From an uncultured Candidatus Saccharibacteria bacterium (lineage in GTDB: Bacteria > Patescibacteriota > Minisyncoccia > Phycocordibacterales > UBA9973), in assembly GCA_964473175.1 (NCBI GenBank), contig CAYYNN010000002.1:4563-68562 (forward strand): a DNA stretch of 64,000 bases, read 5' to 3'. This document shows positions 48,551-58,214 of the stretch, in pieces (position 1 is the first letter of the stretch; each line of letters starts with the position of its first letter). Below the pieces are notes generated by a model that had not been told where the DNA came from, made no database searches, and saw only the letters and a list, made by a program, of their open reading frames with translations. A program made the translations under genes and the position numbers.

Positions 48551-48979
48551 ATGGATACGGTCTATACGGAGCAAGAAACTGGTGTTGTTGCAGGGGTGCT
48601 GATACAGGGACTTGTCCCTACTGAAACTCACGCAACAGTGGTTGGGTTGTCGGGCGATTTGGGTGCAGGTAAAACGACGCTAGTGCAATCTGTCGCCACT
48701 GTGTTGGGTGTACAAGAGCGCGTTGTAAGTCCGACATTTGTCATTGCCAAGTTTTACGAAACCACCCATTCACAGTGGAAGAAACTTATTCATATCGATG
48801 CGTACCGTATTGAAGACACTAAAGAGTTGGAGATACTTGGATGGGATACAATAGTACAAGAACCTCAAACACTCGTCGTCATTGAGTGGCCAGAAATAGT
48901 CAGTGCAATTCTTCCTCAGACAACAATACGCTATACGATAGAGCATAACGGTCATAGTCGTCATATCACCCGAACATGA
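48551..48979 (+). CDS. tsaE: tRNA threonylcarbamoyladenosine biosynthesis ATPase
   Basis: LSGDLGAGKTT, VVSPTF, HIDAYRI, IEWPE. Confidence 0.93.
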   Translation: MDTVYTEQETGVVAGVLIQGLVPTETHATVVGLSGDLGAGKTTLVQSVATVLGVQERVVSPTFVIAKFYETTHSQWKKLIHIDAYRIEDTKELEILGWDTIVQEPQTLVVIEWPEIVSAILPQTTIRYTIEHNGHSRHITRT

Positions 48980-51345
48980 AAAAGAAATCTTCAGAAAAAA
49001 ATGCTGCACAACAAACCCTCGTCATTTTAGACGCGCACGCTATCATCCATCGTGCATATCACGCACTACCTAACTTCGCTAATAGTCAGGGTATTCCAAC
49101 CGGTGCGCTGTATGGTATTGCAACAATGCTCATTCGTATCGTAGAAGAATTGAAACCAACGTACATCGTAGCGGCGTATGATTTACCAAAACCAACATTT
49201 AGACATTTGGCATATGACGACTATAAAAAGGGGAGAGCAAAGGCAGACGAGGACCTCGTGGCTCAGATGAAAACATCTCGAGATCTGTTTGCGGCGTTTA
49301 ACATCGAGTGCCTGGATGCAGAAGGGTTTGAAGCGGACGACGTGATAGGCACGCTCGTTGAGCAATATCGAGCTGATCCAAATATCAAGATCATTATTGC
49401 TTCCGGTGATATGGACACACTCCAACTTGTCGAGAATACAAAGATACAGGTCTTTACGTTGAAAAAGGGAGTCACGGATACAATACTCTACGATGAGGCT
49501 GCGGTAGTTGCTCGGTATGGCTTTGAACCAAAACAACTTGTTGACTACAAAGGGTTGCGCGGAGATCCGTCCGACAACATCATTGGAGTACCGGGCATTG
49601 GAGAGAAAACTGCCACAACTATTATTCAAACATTTGGAACTATTGAGGGATTGTACAAAGCATTGGAAAAGAAACCAGAGAAACTCACAGAAGCAGGACT
49701 CACTCCTCGAATCATCGGTATTCTCACTGAACACAAGGATGATGCATTCTTTTCAAAAACACTTGCAACGATCAGGCGGGATGCACCAGTAAGTTTTGCA
49801 TTGCCAGAAAAGCCATATCGAGAATCTATTGATCAAGAAAAAGTTACATCAAAAATAGCAGACTATGAATTCCGTTCACTCCTGCCACGTATTCGCAAAC
49901 TCTTTGCGTTTGAGGACGAGGGACCAAAGGAAGAAGTCGATCCAGAGCTCCTACACCGTGCATCTATTGCGCTTTGGGTACTGTATTCCGAAAATACGAA
50001 TCCTGACTATGAAGCAATACTTGAACGAACTCGCAAGAAAAATCTCGTCGATGCGTACGAAGCAATCCTGGGAGAACTACAAAAGAAAAACTCGTTAGAA
50101 CTTTTTGATAAAATAGAAAAGCCGCTTATTCCGATTATTACTGATATGCACGACTGGGGGATTATGATCGATCGCCCACATTTTGAAATGCTTCGAGAGA
50201 CGATGAAAGAAAAAATCTTACGCATTGAACGTGAAGTTGTAGAACTGACTGGTGAAACAATAAATATGAATTCTCCAAAGCAGCTTTCAGAGCTTCTGTT
50301 TGGGAAATTAGGCCTTAAACCAAAAGGGAAACAAAAGGCATCTGGTGCCTACACTACCAATGCAGAGACACTCGAATCTCTCGTTGATGCGCATCCGATC
50401 ATTCCTAAAGTTCTTGAGCACCGCGAAGTGCAAAAATTGCTCTCTACGTATGTTGAGGCGTTGCTCGAATGTGCTGATACAAAAGACATAGTGCATTCAA
50501 CGTTTTTGCAACATGGCGCTGCGACTGGGCGGTTTTCATCGATCAATCCCAATTTACAAAATATCCCTGCAAAAGGTGAAGGTGGAAAAGAAATCCGTCA
50601 TGGATTTGTTGCTCGTCCCGGACACGTATTCATTGGAAGCGATTATTCGCAGATCGAGTTGCGCGTACTTGCTATGCTTTCAAAAGATGAACGGTTGATC
50701 GAAACGTTTGAAAGCGGCAAGGACATTCATGCGAGAGTTGCTTCAGATATGTTCGGTGTCCCAATCGAGGCGGTAACAAGTGATATGCGTCGCAAGGCCA
50801 AGGTCATCAACTTCGGTATTCTGTACGGTATGGGTGTATCAGCGTTACAGAAAAACTTGGGATCTACTCGTGCTGAGGCGACAGAGTATTATGAAAATTA
50901 TTTTAAGACGTTTCCAACCATTGCTGCGTATCTCGAGCAGACAAAACAGTTTGCACGAGAGAACGGTTTTACCGAAACCGTGTTTGGACGTCGTCGGTAT
51001 TTCCCTGGTATATCTTCTGGTGCACCATTTCTTCGCGCATTTGCAGAGCGTATGGCAGTGAACGCACCAATACAGGGAACGAATGCAGATATTGTAAAAA
51101 TCGCTATTGTACTCATCGACACTGATCTGCGAAATGCAGGACTTATTGACAAGGTACACCTCACATTACAAGTGCACGATGAACTCGTATATGAAGTAGC
51201 AGAAAGCGTGCAAAAAACAGCAGAAGATATTATTATCAAGGCAATGAATAATGCATTCGCCCGTAGCCCGCTCCCAGTCACTATTGCAACCGTTCCGCTT
51301 GCCGTTTCGGTAGGGGTAGGGTCTCGACTAGATCAGCTGAAATAA
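48976..51345 (+). CDS. polA: DNA polymerase I (short; 3'-5' exonuclease domain largely absent)
   Basis: 5'-3' exo EADDVIGT, GDPSDNIIGVPGIGEKT; polymerase DYSQIELR, KVINFGILYG, QVHDEL. Confidence 0.95.
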   Translation: MKKKSSEKNAAQQTLVILDAHAIIHRAYHALPNFANSQGIPTGALYGIATMLIRIVEELKPTYIVAAYDLPKPTFRHLAYDDYKKGRAKADEDLVAQMKTSRDLFAAFNIECLDAEGFEADDVIGTLVEQYRADPNIKIIIASGDMDTLQLVENTKIQVFTLKKGVTDTILYDEAAVVARYGFEPKQLVDYKGLRGDPSDNIIGVPGIGEKTATTIIQTFGTIEGLYKALEKKPEKLTEAGLTPRIIGILTEHKDDAFFSKTLATIRRDAPVSFALPEKPYRESIDQEKVTSKIADYEFRSLLPRIRKLFAFEDEGPKEEVDPELLHRASIALWVLYSENTNPDYEAILERTRKKNLVDAYEAILGELQKKNSLELFDKIEKPLIPIITDMHDWGIMIDRPHFEMLRETMKEKILRIEREVVELTGETINMNSPKQLSELLFGKLGLKPKGKQKASGAYTTNAETLESLVDAHPIIPKVLEHREVQKLLSTYVEALLECADTKDIVHSTFLQHGAATGRFSSINPNLQNIPAKGEGGKEIRHGFVARPGHVFIGSDYSQIELRVLAMLSKDERLIETFESGKDIHARVASDMFGVPIEAVTSDMRRKAKVINFGILYGMGVSALQKNLGSTRAEATEYYENYFKTFPTIAAYLEQTKQFARENGFTETVFGRRRYFPGISSGAPFLRAFAERMAVNAPIQGTNADIVKIAIVLIDTDLRNAGLIDKVHLTLQVHDELVYEVAESVQKTAEDIIIKAMNNAFARSPLPVTIATVPLAVSVGVGSRLDQLK

Positions 51346-51348
51346 TCT

Positions 51349-51801
51349 ATGAAACACATATCACTACACCGTACTCTTGCGCACTCATACCTTACATACT
51401 TCATCTTTAGTATTGTCGGGCTATTTGCCGACACAGTGATTGGTTTTTCTATGACCTATGTCGCATACACAAATGAAATAGCAGTTGCTTGTTTTGGGGT
51501 GGGGACACTCCTTATCATCTGGGCACAATATACATCACGATATATGAAGCACGATGAAGAAATACAAAATCCTTATTTTTTCAAGGGACCCTATCGATAC
51601 ATGCGCAACCCCACACATCTTGGCATTGTTTTTTTGGTTACTGGGTACACCGCCGTTTCTGGTTCATTAGTGTTTTTCGGAGTCACGATTATTGCATACT
51701 TTATATCCAATATTTTATTCCAGCGGTACGAAGCACTACTCGTTCGAACCTATGACGGGGAATACAAGGCATATAAAAGTAAGGTCCCAAAAATCCTCTA
51801 A
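51349..51801 (+). CDS. Isoprenylcysteine carboxylmethyltransferase/PEMT-family membrane protein
   Basis: GPYRYMRNP, E..L...Y..EY..Y.SKVP. Confidence 0.8.
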   Translation: MKHISLHRTLAHSYLTYFIFSIVGLFADTVIGFSMTYVAYTNEIAVACFGVGTLLIIWAQYTSRYMKHDEEIQNPYFFKGPYRYMRNPTHLGIVFLVTGYTAVSGSLVFFGVTIIAYFISNILFQRYEALLVRTYDGEYKAYKSKVPKIL

Positions 51802-52427
51802 TGATATTTCTTGTTGTTGGCGATAACCAAGAATCTCGTATTTCGCAGATACAAAAAATTATGGAACCGTTATCGGGCAGTGATGTGTTAGTGTACGACG
51901 ATACGTATGGAACGGTACTTGATTTGGAACACTATGTATACCCGTCACTGTTTATGAGTGCTCCACCAGTAGTACATCTCAAATTTATGATTGGAAGCGA
52001 TGGTGAGACAATCACTGCATCTTTTTTAAAAAAATTACTTGCAAGCCCAACGGTGTTTTTGTTTGAAGAAATGGCGCTGTCTCCAGCTGTCATAACAATG
52101 TTTAAAAAATCTGGCGTTGTTGTCCATGAAGACAAGAAAAGCATAGGGGTAAAAAAAGATGGAGATATTTTTGCGGTAACACATGCATTGACTGCCCCCG
52201 ACAAAAAAGCTCGATGGATAGCATATCGCAGTACACTGAAGACGCATGCGATCGAAGCAGTGATGGGAATCTTGTATTGGAAAGTGCGAGATCTCGCAAC
52301 AAAGAATCCAAAAGAAAAAAATAAGTATAATGAACTGTATAAAAAATTATTACAGGCACACGCGAGTGCGTGGGAGACCGGAGCATCACTGGAGGTACTG
52401 ATCGAAAAAATAATTCTCACGCAATAA
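51801..52427 (+). CDS. Short DNA polymerase III delta (HolA)-like protein
   Basis: SLF motif, IFAVT.AL...DKKARW, ILYWKVR pattern; divergent and truncated. Confidence 0.55.
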   Translation: MIFLVVGDNQESRISQIQKIMEPLSGSDVLVYDDTYGTVLDLEHYVYPSLFMSAPPVVHLKFMIGSDGETITASFLKKLLASPTVFLFEEMALSPAVITMFKKSGVVVHEDKKSIGVKKDGDIFAVTHALTAPDKKARWIAYRSTLKTHAIEAVMGILYWKVRDLATKNPKEKNKYNELYKKLLQAHASAWETGASLEVLIEKIILTQ

Positions 52428-52438
52428 CATAAAAAGAG

Positions 52439-52469
52439 AAAAAGCCTTTATGAGAAATAAAGGCTTTTT
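52439..52469. terminator. Bidirectional terminator
   Basis: AAAAAGCCTTTAT / ATAAAGGCTTTTT. Confidence 0.7.
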
Positions 52470-52671
52470 GGATATTGTGACGAGATAATATGAATTATTT
52501 TCGTCGAGTCTATAGAGAGGTTTATTGTAAAAAATGTGAATGAACGTTCGGGGGAGGAGCAGTTTATATGCAAGATATAAATGGTTTGAATGAATATGGG
52601 AACGGCGCACTTAGGCTTATCCCTATATGAAATACATTCTAAAGAACTTATACACTTAGTATAGCCCTATT

Positions 52672-53193
52672 TTACAACTTCACAACTGATACATGTGGAT
52701 AACGTCGTGCAACAAGGTTTACGAGGATACCTGCGCCGAGTACTGTCAGAGACATGACAGGAATGGTGATGTACCCAAATTCATAGACGTACCGCATGAG
52801 GCATGAAGGTCCTGTCGCTCCACACACATCCAGACCAGTCGGGAATATATCAATGATGGTATGAAAGAGTGCTACAAGAAAACCGGCAATTGAAAGAATC
52901 AATAACTGGTTCTGTAGCAACTTGCTCGTACGAAGATTTGTGGTCCATGAAAGAATTGCGATAGGGAGTATTGCAATACGTTGATACCAACACAGTAGAC
53001 ATGGTTCATACCCAAAGCCATATTGATACACGAAACTCATCAACACAGCGAGTGTAAAAATAATTGCGATGATGTGTCCTGCATTTCGCGCGATGAATGT
53101 CATGAATGGTGCACGTACTATCCATCCCACAATAACCACGACAATAAAAACTTGTATCCCCATAGTTCCGAGCGCCGCAAAAAGGTTAAACAT
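52672..53193 (-). CDS. Disulfide bond formation protein DsbB/BdbC family
   Basis: EPCLLCWYQRI, second Cys pair, YITIPVMSL; 4-5 TM. Confidence 0.88.
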   Translation of the reverse strand: MFNLFAALGTMGIQVFIVVVIVGWIVRAPFMTFIARNAGHIIAIIFTLAVLMSFVYQYGFGYEPCLLCWYQRIAILPIAILSWTTNLRTSKLLQNQLLILSIAGFLVALFHTIIDIFPTGLDVCGATGPSCLMRYVYEFGYITIPVMSLTVLGAGILVNLVARRYPHVSVVKL

Positions 53194-53194
53194 A

Positions 53195-53608
53195 TTATTG
53201 GGCGACTATTGGAGACACTCCAGTATCTCTGTCGAGTTGTGCTGAGCAGTTTGTGTTCTCTGCGAGTTCTTGTAATGTTCGTTCACCGCCGAGTTCTGTT
53301 CCATTTGCAAACCTCCATGTTGGATATCCCTTGATACCTGCTTCATCGCAAATAGGGAGCTGCCCACTTCCGCTCGGTTGTGAACATTCAATATAGGGAA
53401 GAAGTTTTGCGCTTTTTCCAAACATCGCTTTTGTTGCTTGGCAGTGAGGGCACCAAAACGCACCATAAAACTTCGCACCACTGTCGGTGATACATTGTGC
53501 AACACCATCGTATTTGCCTGGCTTGTTTGCTTGAACTACGAGTAATGATACAAGTCCTCCGATAACGAGTACAACGATAACGACCCAGATCCAATTTGAT
53601 TTCTTCAT
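53195..53608 (-). CDS. Membrane-anchored thioredoxin-fold protein
   Basis: FYGAFWCPHC, YIEC, GIKGYPTW. Confidence 0.85.
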   Translation of the reverse strand: MKKSNWIWVVIVVLVIGGLVSLLVVQANKPGKYDGVAQCITDSGAKFYGAFWCPHCQATKAMFGKSAKLLPYIECSQPSGSGQLPICDEAGIKGYPTWRFANGTELGGERTLQELAENTNCSAQLDRDTGVSPIVAQ

Positions 53609-53681
53609 ATCTACTAACGGTAACTCGCGAGAGTTTTTTTTGCAACTTCCATAATACGCAATTTGGTGGCATGATAGCGAT

Positions 53682-54437
53682 ATGATATTCCTTATTGCAG
53701 TGCTCGCATTTCTGGCAACCTATCTTGGCGGGCTGTTCGCAATAGCATGTAAAGACAAACTACACCTCATTTTAGGATTTAGTGCTGGTGCAGTTATCGC
53801 TGTGGCATTTTTTGATCTTTTGCCGGAGGCACTCAATCTTGGAAGTGGACGATTTACGTCGACACATATGTTGAGCATTACTGCGCTTGGATTTTTTGTA
53901 TTTATGATTTTAGATCGATTTGTCATATTGCACAGCCATCATCACGAAGATGGGCATACATCTATATCGGAACATGAATCGAAAGAAAAACACGAAAAAA
54001 AATCGAGAGGGAAGTTGGGCGCGGGATCGCTATCAGTCCATAGTTTCTTGGATGGAGTCGTTATCGGACTCGCGTTTCAGGTTTCTCCTGCCGTTGGTGC
54101 GATTGTTACGGCGGCAGTACTGGTACACGATTTTTCAGATGGTATCAACACCGTCAATCTTGTTTTAAAAAATGGAGGTACTATCAAAAATGCACGCAAA
54201 TGGCTCGTCATTGATGCGTTAGCTCCAGCACTCGGAGTGATAGCAACAGTATTTTTCTCTGTCCCCGAAACTACACTTGGTATTATTCTTGCGCTCTTTG
54301 CGGGATTCTTTTTGTATATCGGAGCAAGTGATTTGTTGCCAGAGAGTCATCACAATCATCCAACAATTTGGACGACTGTTGCGACATTGATCGGGGTCGC
54401 GGTACTCTATTTTGCAATCAAGATCGCAGGATTATAA
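53682..54437 (+). CDS. ZIP-family metal transporter
   Basis: FFDLLPEA, His-rich loop, HSFLDG, HDFSDG, SDLLPE. Confidence 0.9.
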   Translation: MIFLIAVLAFLATYLGGLFAIACKDKLHLILGFSAGAVIAVAFFDLLPEALNLGSGRFTSTHMLSITALGFFVFMILDRFVILHSHHHEDGHTSISEHESKEKHEKKSRGKLGAGSLSVHSFLDGVVIGLAFQVSPAVGAIVTAAVLVHDFSDGINTVNLVLKNGGTIKNARKWLVIDALAPALGVIATVFFSVPETTLGIILALFAGFFLYIGASDLLPESHHNHPTIWTTVATLIGVAVLYFAIKIAGL

Positions 54438-54441
54438 TCGG

Positions 54442-54514
54442 TGCGCCCAGCAGGATTCGAACCTGCGACCGTCTCCTTAAAAGGGAGCTGCTCTACCAAC
54501 TGAGCTATGGGCGC
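54442..54514 (-). tRNA. tRNA-Lys(UUU)
   Basis: Cloverleaf GCGCCCA...CTTTTAA loop...GGTTCGAATCC...TGGGCGC-A; no encoded CCA. Confidence 0.93.
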
Positions 54515-54582
54515 GTTGTTTCTTTCATCGCAAGGAGTCATTGCCTTGCAAAAAAGTAGCAAAACTATACCATGCAAGCCAT

Positions 54583-55050
54583 ATGAAATCAATGCTGATT
54601 TTACACAATATTCGCAGTGCACAAAATGTTGGAGCACTCTTTCGAACCGCCGATGCTGCAGGGATTACACGTATCTATCTATCGGCTATTACACCGCAGC
54701 CGATAGATCGGTTTGGGCGCCAGCGTACAGATATTGCAAAGACAGCACTCGGTGCAGAGCAGAGTGTTCAGTGGGAGTCCTATAATGATATTCATCTTCT
54801 CTTGAAAACACTGAAACAAGAAGGGGTGCACATAGTAGCTATTGAGCAATCAAAAAGTGCTGTTGACTATAAAACGGTACCACTTCAAGAGTCCATAGTA
54901 TTTATATTAGGTAATGAAGTCGAAGGGCTTCCGCAGGCCGTACTCGACAAGAGTGATGTTGTTGCAATGATACCAATGCTCGGAATAAAAGAATCGCTTA
55001 ATGTCTCAGTTGCTGGCGGAATAGCATTGTTTCGAATGCTTGGGATTTAA
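54583..55050 (+). CDS. TrmH/SpoU-family RNA methyltransferase
   Basis: NIRSAQNVGALFRTAD, LGNEVEGL, IPMLGIKESLNVSVA. Confidence 0.92.
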   Translation: MKSMLILHNIRSAQNVGALFRTADAAGITRIYLSAITPQPIDRFGRQRTDIAKTALGAEQSVQWESYNDIHLLLKTLKQEGVHIVAIEQSKSAVDYKTVPLQESIVFILGNEVEGLPQAVLDKSDVVAMIPMLGIKESLNVSVAGGIALFRMLGI

Positions 55051-55059
55051 GAGAAAAGA

Positions 55060-55242
55060 TTATGGACGAGTACCTGCTTTGAGGTCGCTTGGACCATAAA
55101 TATCCCCAGTATGGTCGATGGTAGATTCTTCCATGAACGGGTTTGCTCTATTGGTCTGTATACGGTCAGGTCCACCGGTTACAAACCAGGCAAGCCAAAG
55201 ACCTGCCAAGAGAAGAAGGAACCATTTGAATTCGGGGTGCAT
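55060..55242 (-). CDS. Small membrane protein
   Basis: MHPEFKWFLLLLAGLWLAWFVTGGP; TATACT 6 nt before ATG. Confidence 0.55.
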   Translation of the reverse strand: MHPEFKWFLLLLAGLWLAWFVTGGPDRIQTNRANPFMEESTIDHTGDIYGPSDLKAGTRP

Positions 55243-55312
55243 ACATATAGTATACACGCTCTTCTTAGACAAAATATCAAAAATGAGTATGATAAAAGAA
55301 AAATTCTTTTAT

Positions 55313-55933
55313 ATGCAAACAACTTCATTAGAAAGTACCCACACCACTGATTGGGCACAGGTCCCGATACCTGAACTAACAAAAAAGCTTTTGATAGATA
55401 TCAAAATGCGTTTAGAAAACAGTGAACAAGTAGTACCTAGTTTCTATGTACCTTTTTCAGAAAAAACATATTTTACTCATGTCGATACTATTTTCCCCGG
55501 ATCATTTTCTGAAGGAGTATTATTCCTGGGGCAGATATTGATGGAAGAGCATACTGATAAATTGGCAAGTTATCCGAATAAAGAGTTGGCCAATAAGGTG
55601 AAAAGTCTCAAAAATATGTATGGCGTTACCGCTCAATCATATCGAGGCTACTGCATCTACCGGTCAACATTTTGGCACATACCATTAGTGAGACTATTTA
55701 ATGTTGATGTCGCATTCTTTAATGCAGTTGCTCGTGCAATGAATAATGGGAAAAACTTGGGCAGGAACCCTCCTGCTTTTAGTAATCGAGTATGTGCACA
55801 TGAAAGGGAATACCGTAACCTTTTCTTGAGATCAAATGAAAACAAAGAACTACTCTATGTATTCAATGAACTGCATCTACGCATTTTCCTCGGATGGCTT
55901 AAGGCTTCCACTAAAAATTTATCAACGAAGTAA
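55313..55933 (+). CDS. Hypothetical protein
   Basis: ORF from ATG 55313 after TAGACA-16-TATGAT; hairpin downstream. Confidence 0.55.
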   Translation: MQTTSLESTHTTDWAQVPIPELTKKLLIDIKMRLENSEQVVPSFYVPFSEKTYFTHVDTIFPGSFSEGVLFLGQILMEEHTDKLASYPNKELANKVKSLKNMYGVTAQSYRGYCIYRSTFWHIPLVRLFNVDVAFFNAVARAMNNGKNLGRNPPAFSNRVCAHEREYRNLFLRSNENKELLYVFNELHLRIFLGWLKASTKNLSTK

Positions 55934-55959
55934 CGTTACGCTCCCTTATATAAGGGAGC

Positions 55960-56505
55960 TTATTTTTTTAGAATTTGTAGTGCCAGCGTTATTTGGCGCT
56001 CAAGTGTTTGTGACGCATCGATACTTGAAATGGCATTGCGGATGTCACCGTCTTTGAATCCGAGAGAAAGCAGAGCTTCTACTAGATCGCTTGCACCAAG
56101 TTGTTCAGATACTCCAAAACCTGCGAGTTTATCTTTGAGGTCAATAATAACTTTTTCCGCTGTTTTTTTGCCGATACCAGGAACAAGGGAAATCGCTTTT
56201 GCGTCTCCTGATCTGATGGCGCGAACAAGTTCTGAGAGCGGATACATCGTGAGCATGTGTAGTCCGGTTTTGGGCCCGACACCAGAAACAGAAATGAGAC
56301 TGGTGAACAATGTCTTTTCATCAGGATAGACAAACCCATAGAGTTCGTGTGCGTCCTCGCGGATAACCAAATGCGTATGAAGGGTGACGCGCTCACCGAT
56401 TGAAAAAATGGCAGGGGAATACACTGCATATCCAATACCGGCTGTTTCAATAACCATCCCTTTCTCAAAGAGCTCAACAACTACCCCGGTGATACGTGCA
56501 ATCAT
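55960..56505 (-). CDS. ruvA: Holliday junction DNA-binding protein RuvA
   Basis: MIARITG, REDAHELYGF, VSGVGPK, VPGIGKKTAEK, ALLSLGF. Confidence 0.94.
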   Translation of the reverse strand: MIARITGVVVELFEKGMVIETAGIGYAVYSPAIFSIGERVTLHTHLVIREDAHELYGFVYPDEKTLFTSLISVSGVGPKTGLHMLTMYPLSELVRAIRSGDAKAISLVPGIGKKTAEKVIIDLKDKLAGFGVSEQLGASDLVEALLSLGFKDGDIRNAISSIDASQTLERQITLALQILKK

Positions 56506-56582
56506 GTCTCTATCATAGCAAAAGTTTCACTCAATTTGTTCCTCTTGCGCAAAATGCCTGCGCCTGCTATAGTTTTGCCACT

Positions 56583-56843
56583 ATGCCTATCACCAGAAGC
56601 GCCAAAAAAGCACTCCGCGTCTCAGATAAAAAGAACGCGATAAACACACGTACCAAGAAAGCTTTGAAAGAAGGAGCAAAAAGCATTGAAAAGCTCGTAA
56701 CTGCAAAGAACTGGAAAGATGCAAAAAGCTCACTCTCAGCTGCTTATAGTGCTATCGATAAGGCTGCAAAGAACGGTGTAATCAAGAAGAATACCGCAAA
56801 CCGCAAGAAAGCTCGTTTGTCACGGATGTCGAAAGAGAAGTAG
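56583..56843 (+). CDS. rpsT: 30S ribosomal protein S20
   Basis: MPITRSAKKALR...IDKAAKNGVIKKNTANRKKARL. Confidence 0.95.
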   Translation: MPITRSAKKALRVSDKKNAINTRTKKALKEGAKSIEKLVTAKNWKDAKSSLSAAYSAIDKAAKNGVIKKNTANRKKARLSRMSKEK

Positions 56844-56850
56844 GTATCTA

Positions 56851-56883
56851 AAAACACACAATTCAAAAATTGTGTGTTTTTTT
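56851..56883 (+). terminator. Terminator after rpsT
   Basis: AAAACACACAATT / AATTGTGTGTTTT followed by a T run. Confidence 0.7.
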
Positions 56884-56897
56884 GATATACTAGATAT

Positions 56898-57161
56898 ATG
56901 TTATACGAATTCTACGGAGAAGAATGTCCCCACTGCATGCGTATGCGTCAGATGACCACAAAACTAATGAAGGAATTTCCCGCAGTGAGCATTGTGCGCA
57001 AAGAAGTCTGGCATGATAAGAAAAATATGGCATTCATCAAAGAATGTGATAAAAACGATGAGTGTGGAGGGGTACCTTTTTTTTACAACAGTGAAAACAA
57101 AGAATGGTTGTGTGGGGAAGTAGAGTACGATGCATTGAAAAAGTGGGCAGGAGTGCAGTAG
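56898..57161 (+). CDS. Small thioredoxin/glutaredoxin-like protein
   Basis: FYGEECPHC, CGGVPFF. Confidence 0.8.
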   Translation: MLYEFYGEECPHCMRMRQMTTKLMKEFPAVSIVRKEVWHDKKNMAFIKECDKNDECGGVPFFYNSENKEWLCGEVEYDALKKWAGVQ

Positions 57162-57208
57162 TTTGACAAATACTATTTTTGTATTAGTATTCATTCAAAT
57201 TACTCATA

Positions 57209-57523
57209 ATGAAAAAACGCTCGGGGGACTTTTATGGGAGAACAGGTAGTTCTCACCAATCTCACAATATTACTTTAAAAGGGGATATTGTTGATAGTAT
57301 AAGGAGCACAGTCCAATGCTGGCGTGAGATTACATTTTCTTGCGTAGTTATTTTCTTGGCATACATATTGCCCGGAGAATGGTTTTGGGCACTCTTTGGT
57401 ATTGGTATGTATTCATACAGTTTATATGAATGGAGAAAGCAAACAGTAGGAATAAGTATTGCTGTGGGCATCATTGCACTCTCGATCTATATCCGCTTAA
57501 TCTGGATAGCGTATCATTCGTAA
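57209..57523 (+). CDS. Hypothetical membrane protein
   Basis: Three hydrophobic segments; TTGACA-16-TAGTAT promoter; downstream hairpin 57549-57575. Confidence 0.5.
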   Translation: MKKRSGDFYGRTGSSHQSHNITLKGDIVDSIRSTVQCWREITFSCVVIFLAYILPGEWFWALFGIGMYSYSLYEWRKQTVGISIAVGIIALSIYIRLIWIAYHS

Positions 57524-57593
57524 ATACCTTTTGTACTTGGTTGTATCTACAAAGTGACTGTAACGGTCACTTTGTTTTTTATTACGAAACTTG

Positions 57594-57665
57594 TCCTCTC
57601 GATAGGAATCGAACCTATATCATAACTTCCGCAAAGTTACGTCCTATCCATTGAACGACGAGAGG
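57594..57665 (-). tRNA. tRNA-Arg(GCG)
   Basis: CCTCTCG acceptor, D-loop with A20, anticodon arm TAACT-TTGCGGA-AGTTA, T-arm ATAGG-TTCGATT-CCTAT. Confidence 0.88.
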
Positions 57666-57685
57666 GATAGATATTGTGTGGATTA

Positions 57686-58183
57686 TTAAAATCCTAAGCG
57701 CTCAGCTATTTTGGACCCCATGGATTCGCGCATCATTGTTTCGGGGGCGTGTTTGAGCATTTCTGACCTCACGCTCTGTGCGGTCACATTTGCGAGGGGG
57801 ATTGCCATCATAGGAGTAAAAGACCCCTTGATGAGCAATAGCAGCATATCTGGTTTTCCTGTTTCGTCAATCCAGAACTGTGTGACTCGCTCATACAAAA
57901 TACGCTCGTTGTCCACGGTGATATCTTTCTCATCAAGTGTTATCGAAAGCATTTTGGGACGTCGTTGAGCAAAAAGAATGATTGCAGCTCCTGCGACAAT
58001 GAGGAATATACCAAAGAAAATATTTGCATAGAAAAAAGATATCGTTGCTGCGATCGCAAATATAAGCCCGGCATACCACAACCAGTCAGGGTGGCGCTCA
58101 CGGTGTTCGAATTCGAGGACTGACCACGTGAGTGGTTGTGAAGGAGTTGGAATAGTTGGTGTTACAGGAGCTGTTTCTTCCAT
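57686..58183 (-). CDS. Hypothetical membrane protein (2 TM + PH-like domain)
   Basis: W...EF....R...W motif, two TM, beta-rich C-terminus. Confidence 0.7.
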   Translation of the reverse strand: MEETAPVTPTIPTPSQPLTWSVLEFEHRERHPDWLWYAGLIFAIAATISFFYANIFFGIFLIVAGAAIILFAQRRPKMLSITLDEKDITVDNERILYERVTQFWIDETGKPDMLLLLIKGSFTPMMAIPLANVTAQSVRSEMLKHAPETMMRESMGSKIAERLGF

Positions 58184-58214
58184 GACTCTAGTGTATCACG
58201 AGGAGTACTGAGAC

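Noticed and set aside
52386-52610. 74-aa minus-strand ORF
   Set aside because: Runs through a terminator and overlaps the holA-like gene; no protein-like features
41396-56505. ruvA separated from ruvBC as a novelty
   Set aside because: All three genes are intact, and dispersal of ruv genes is common
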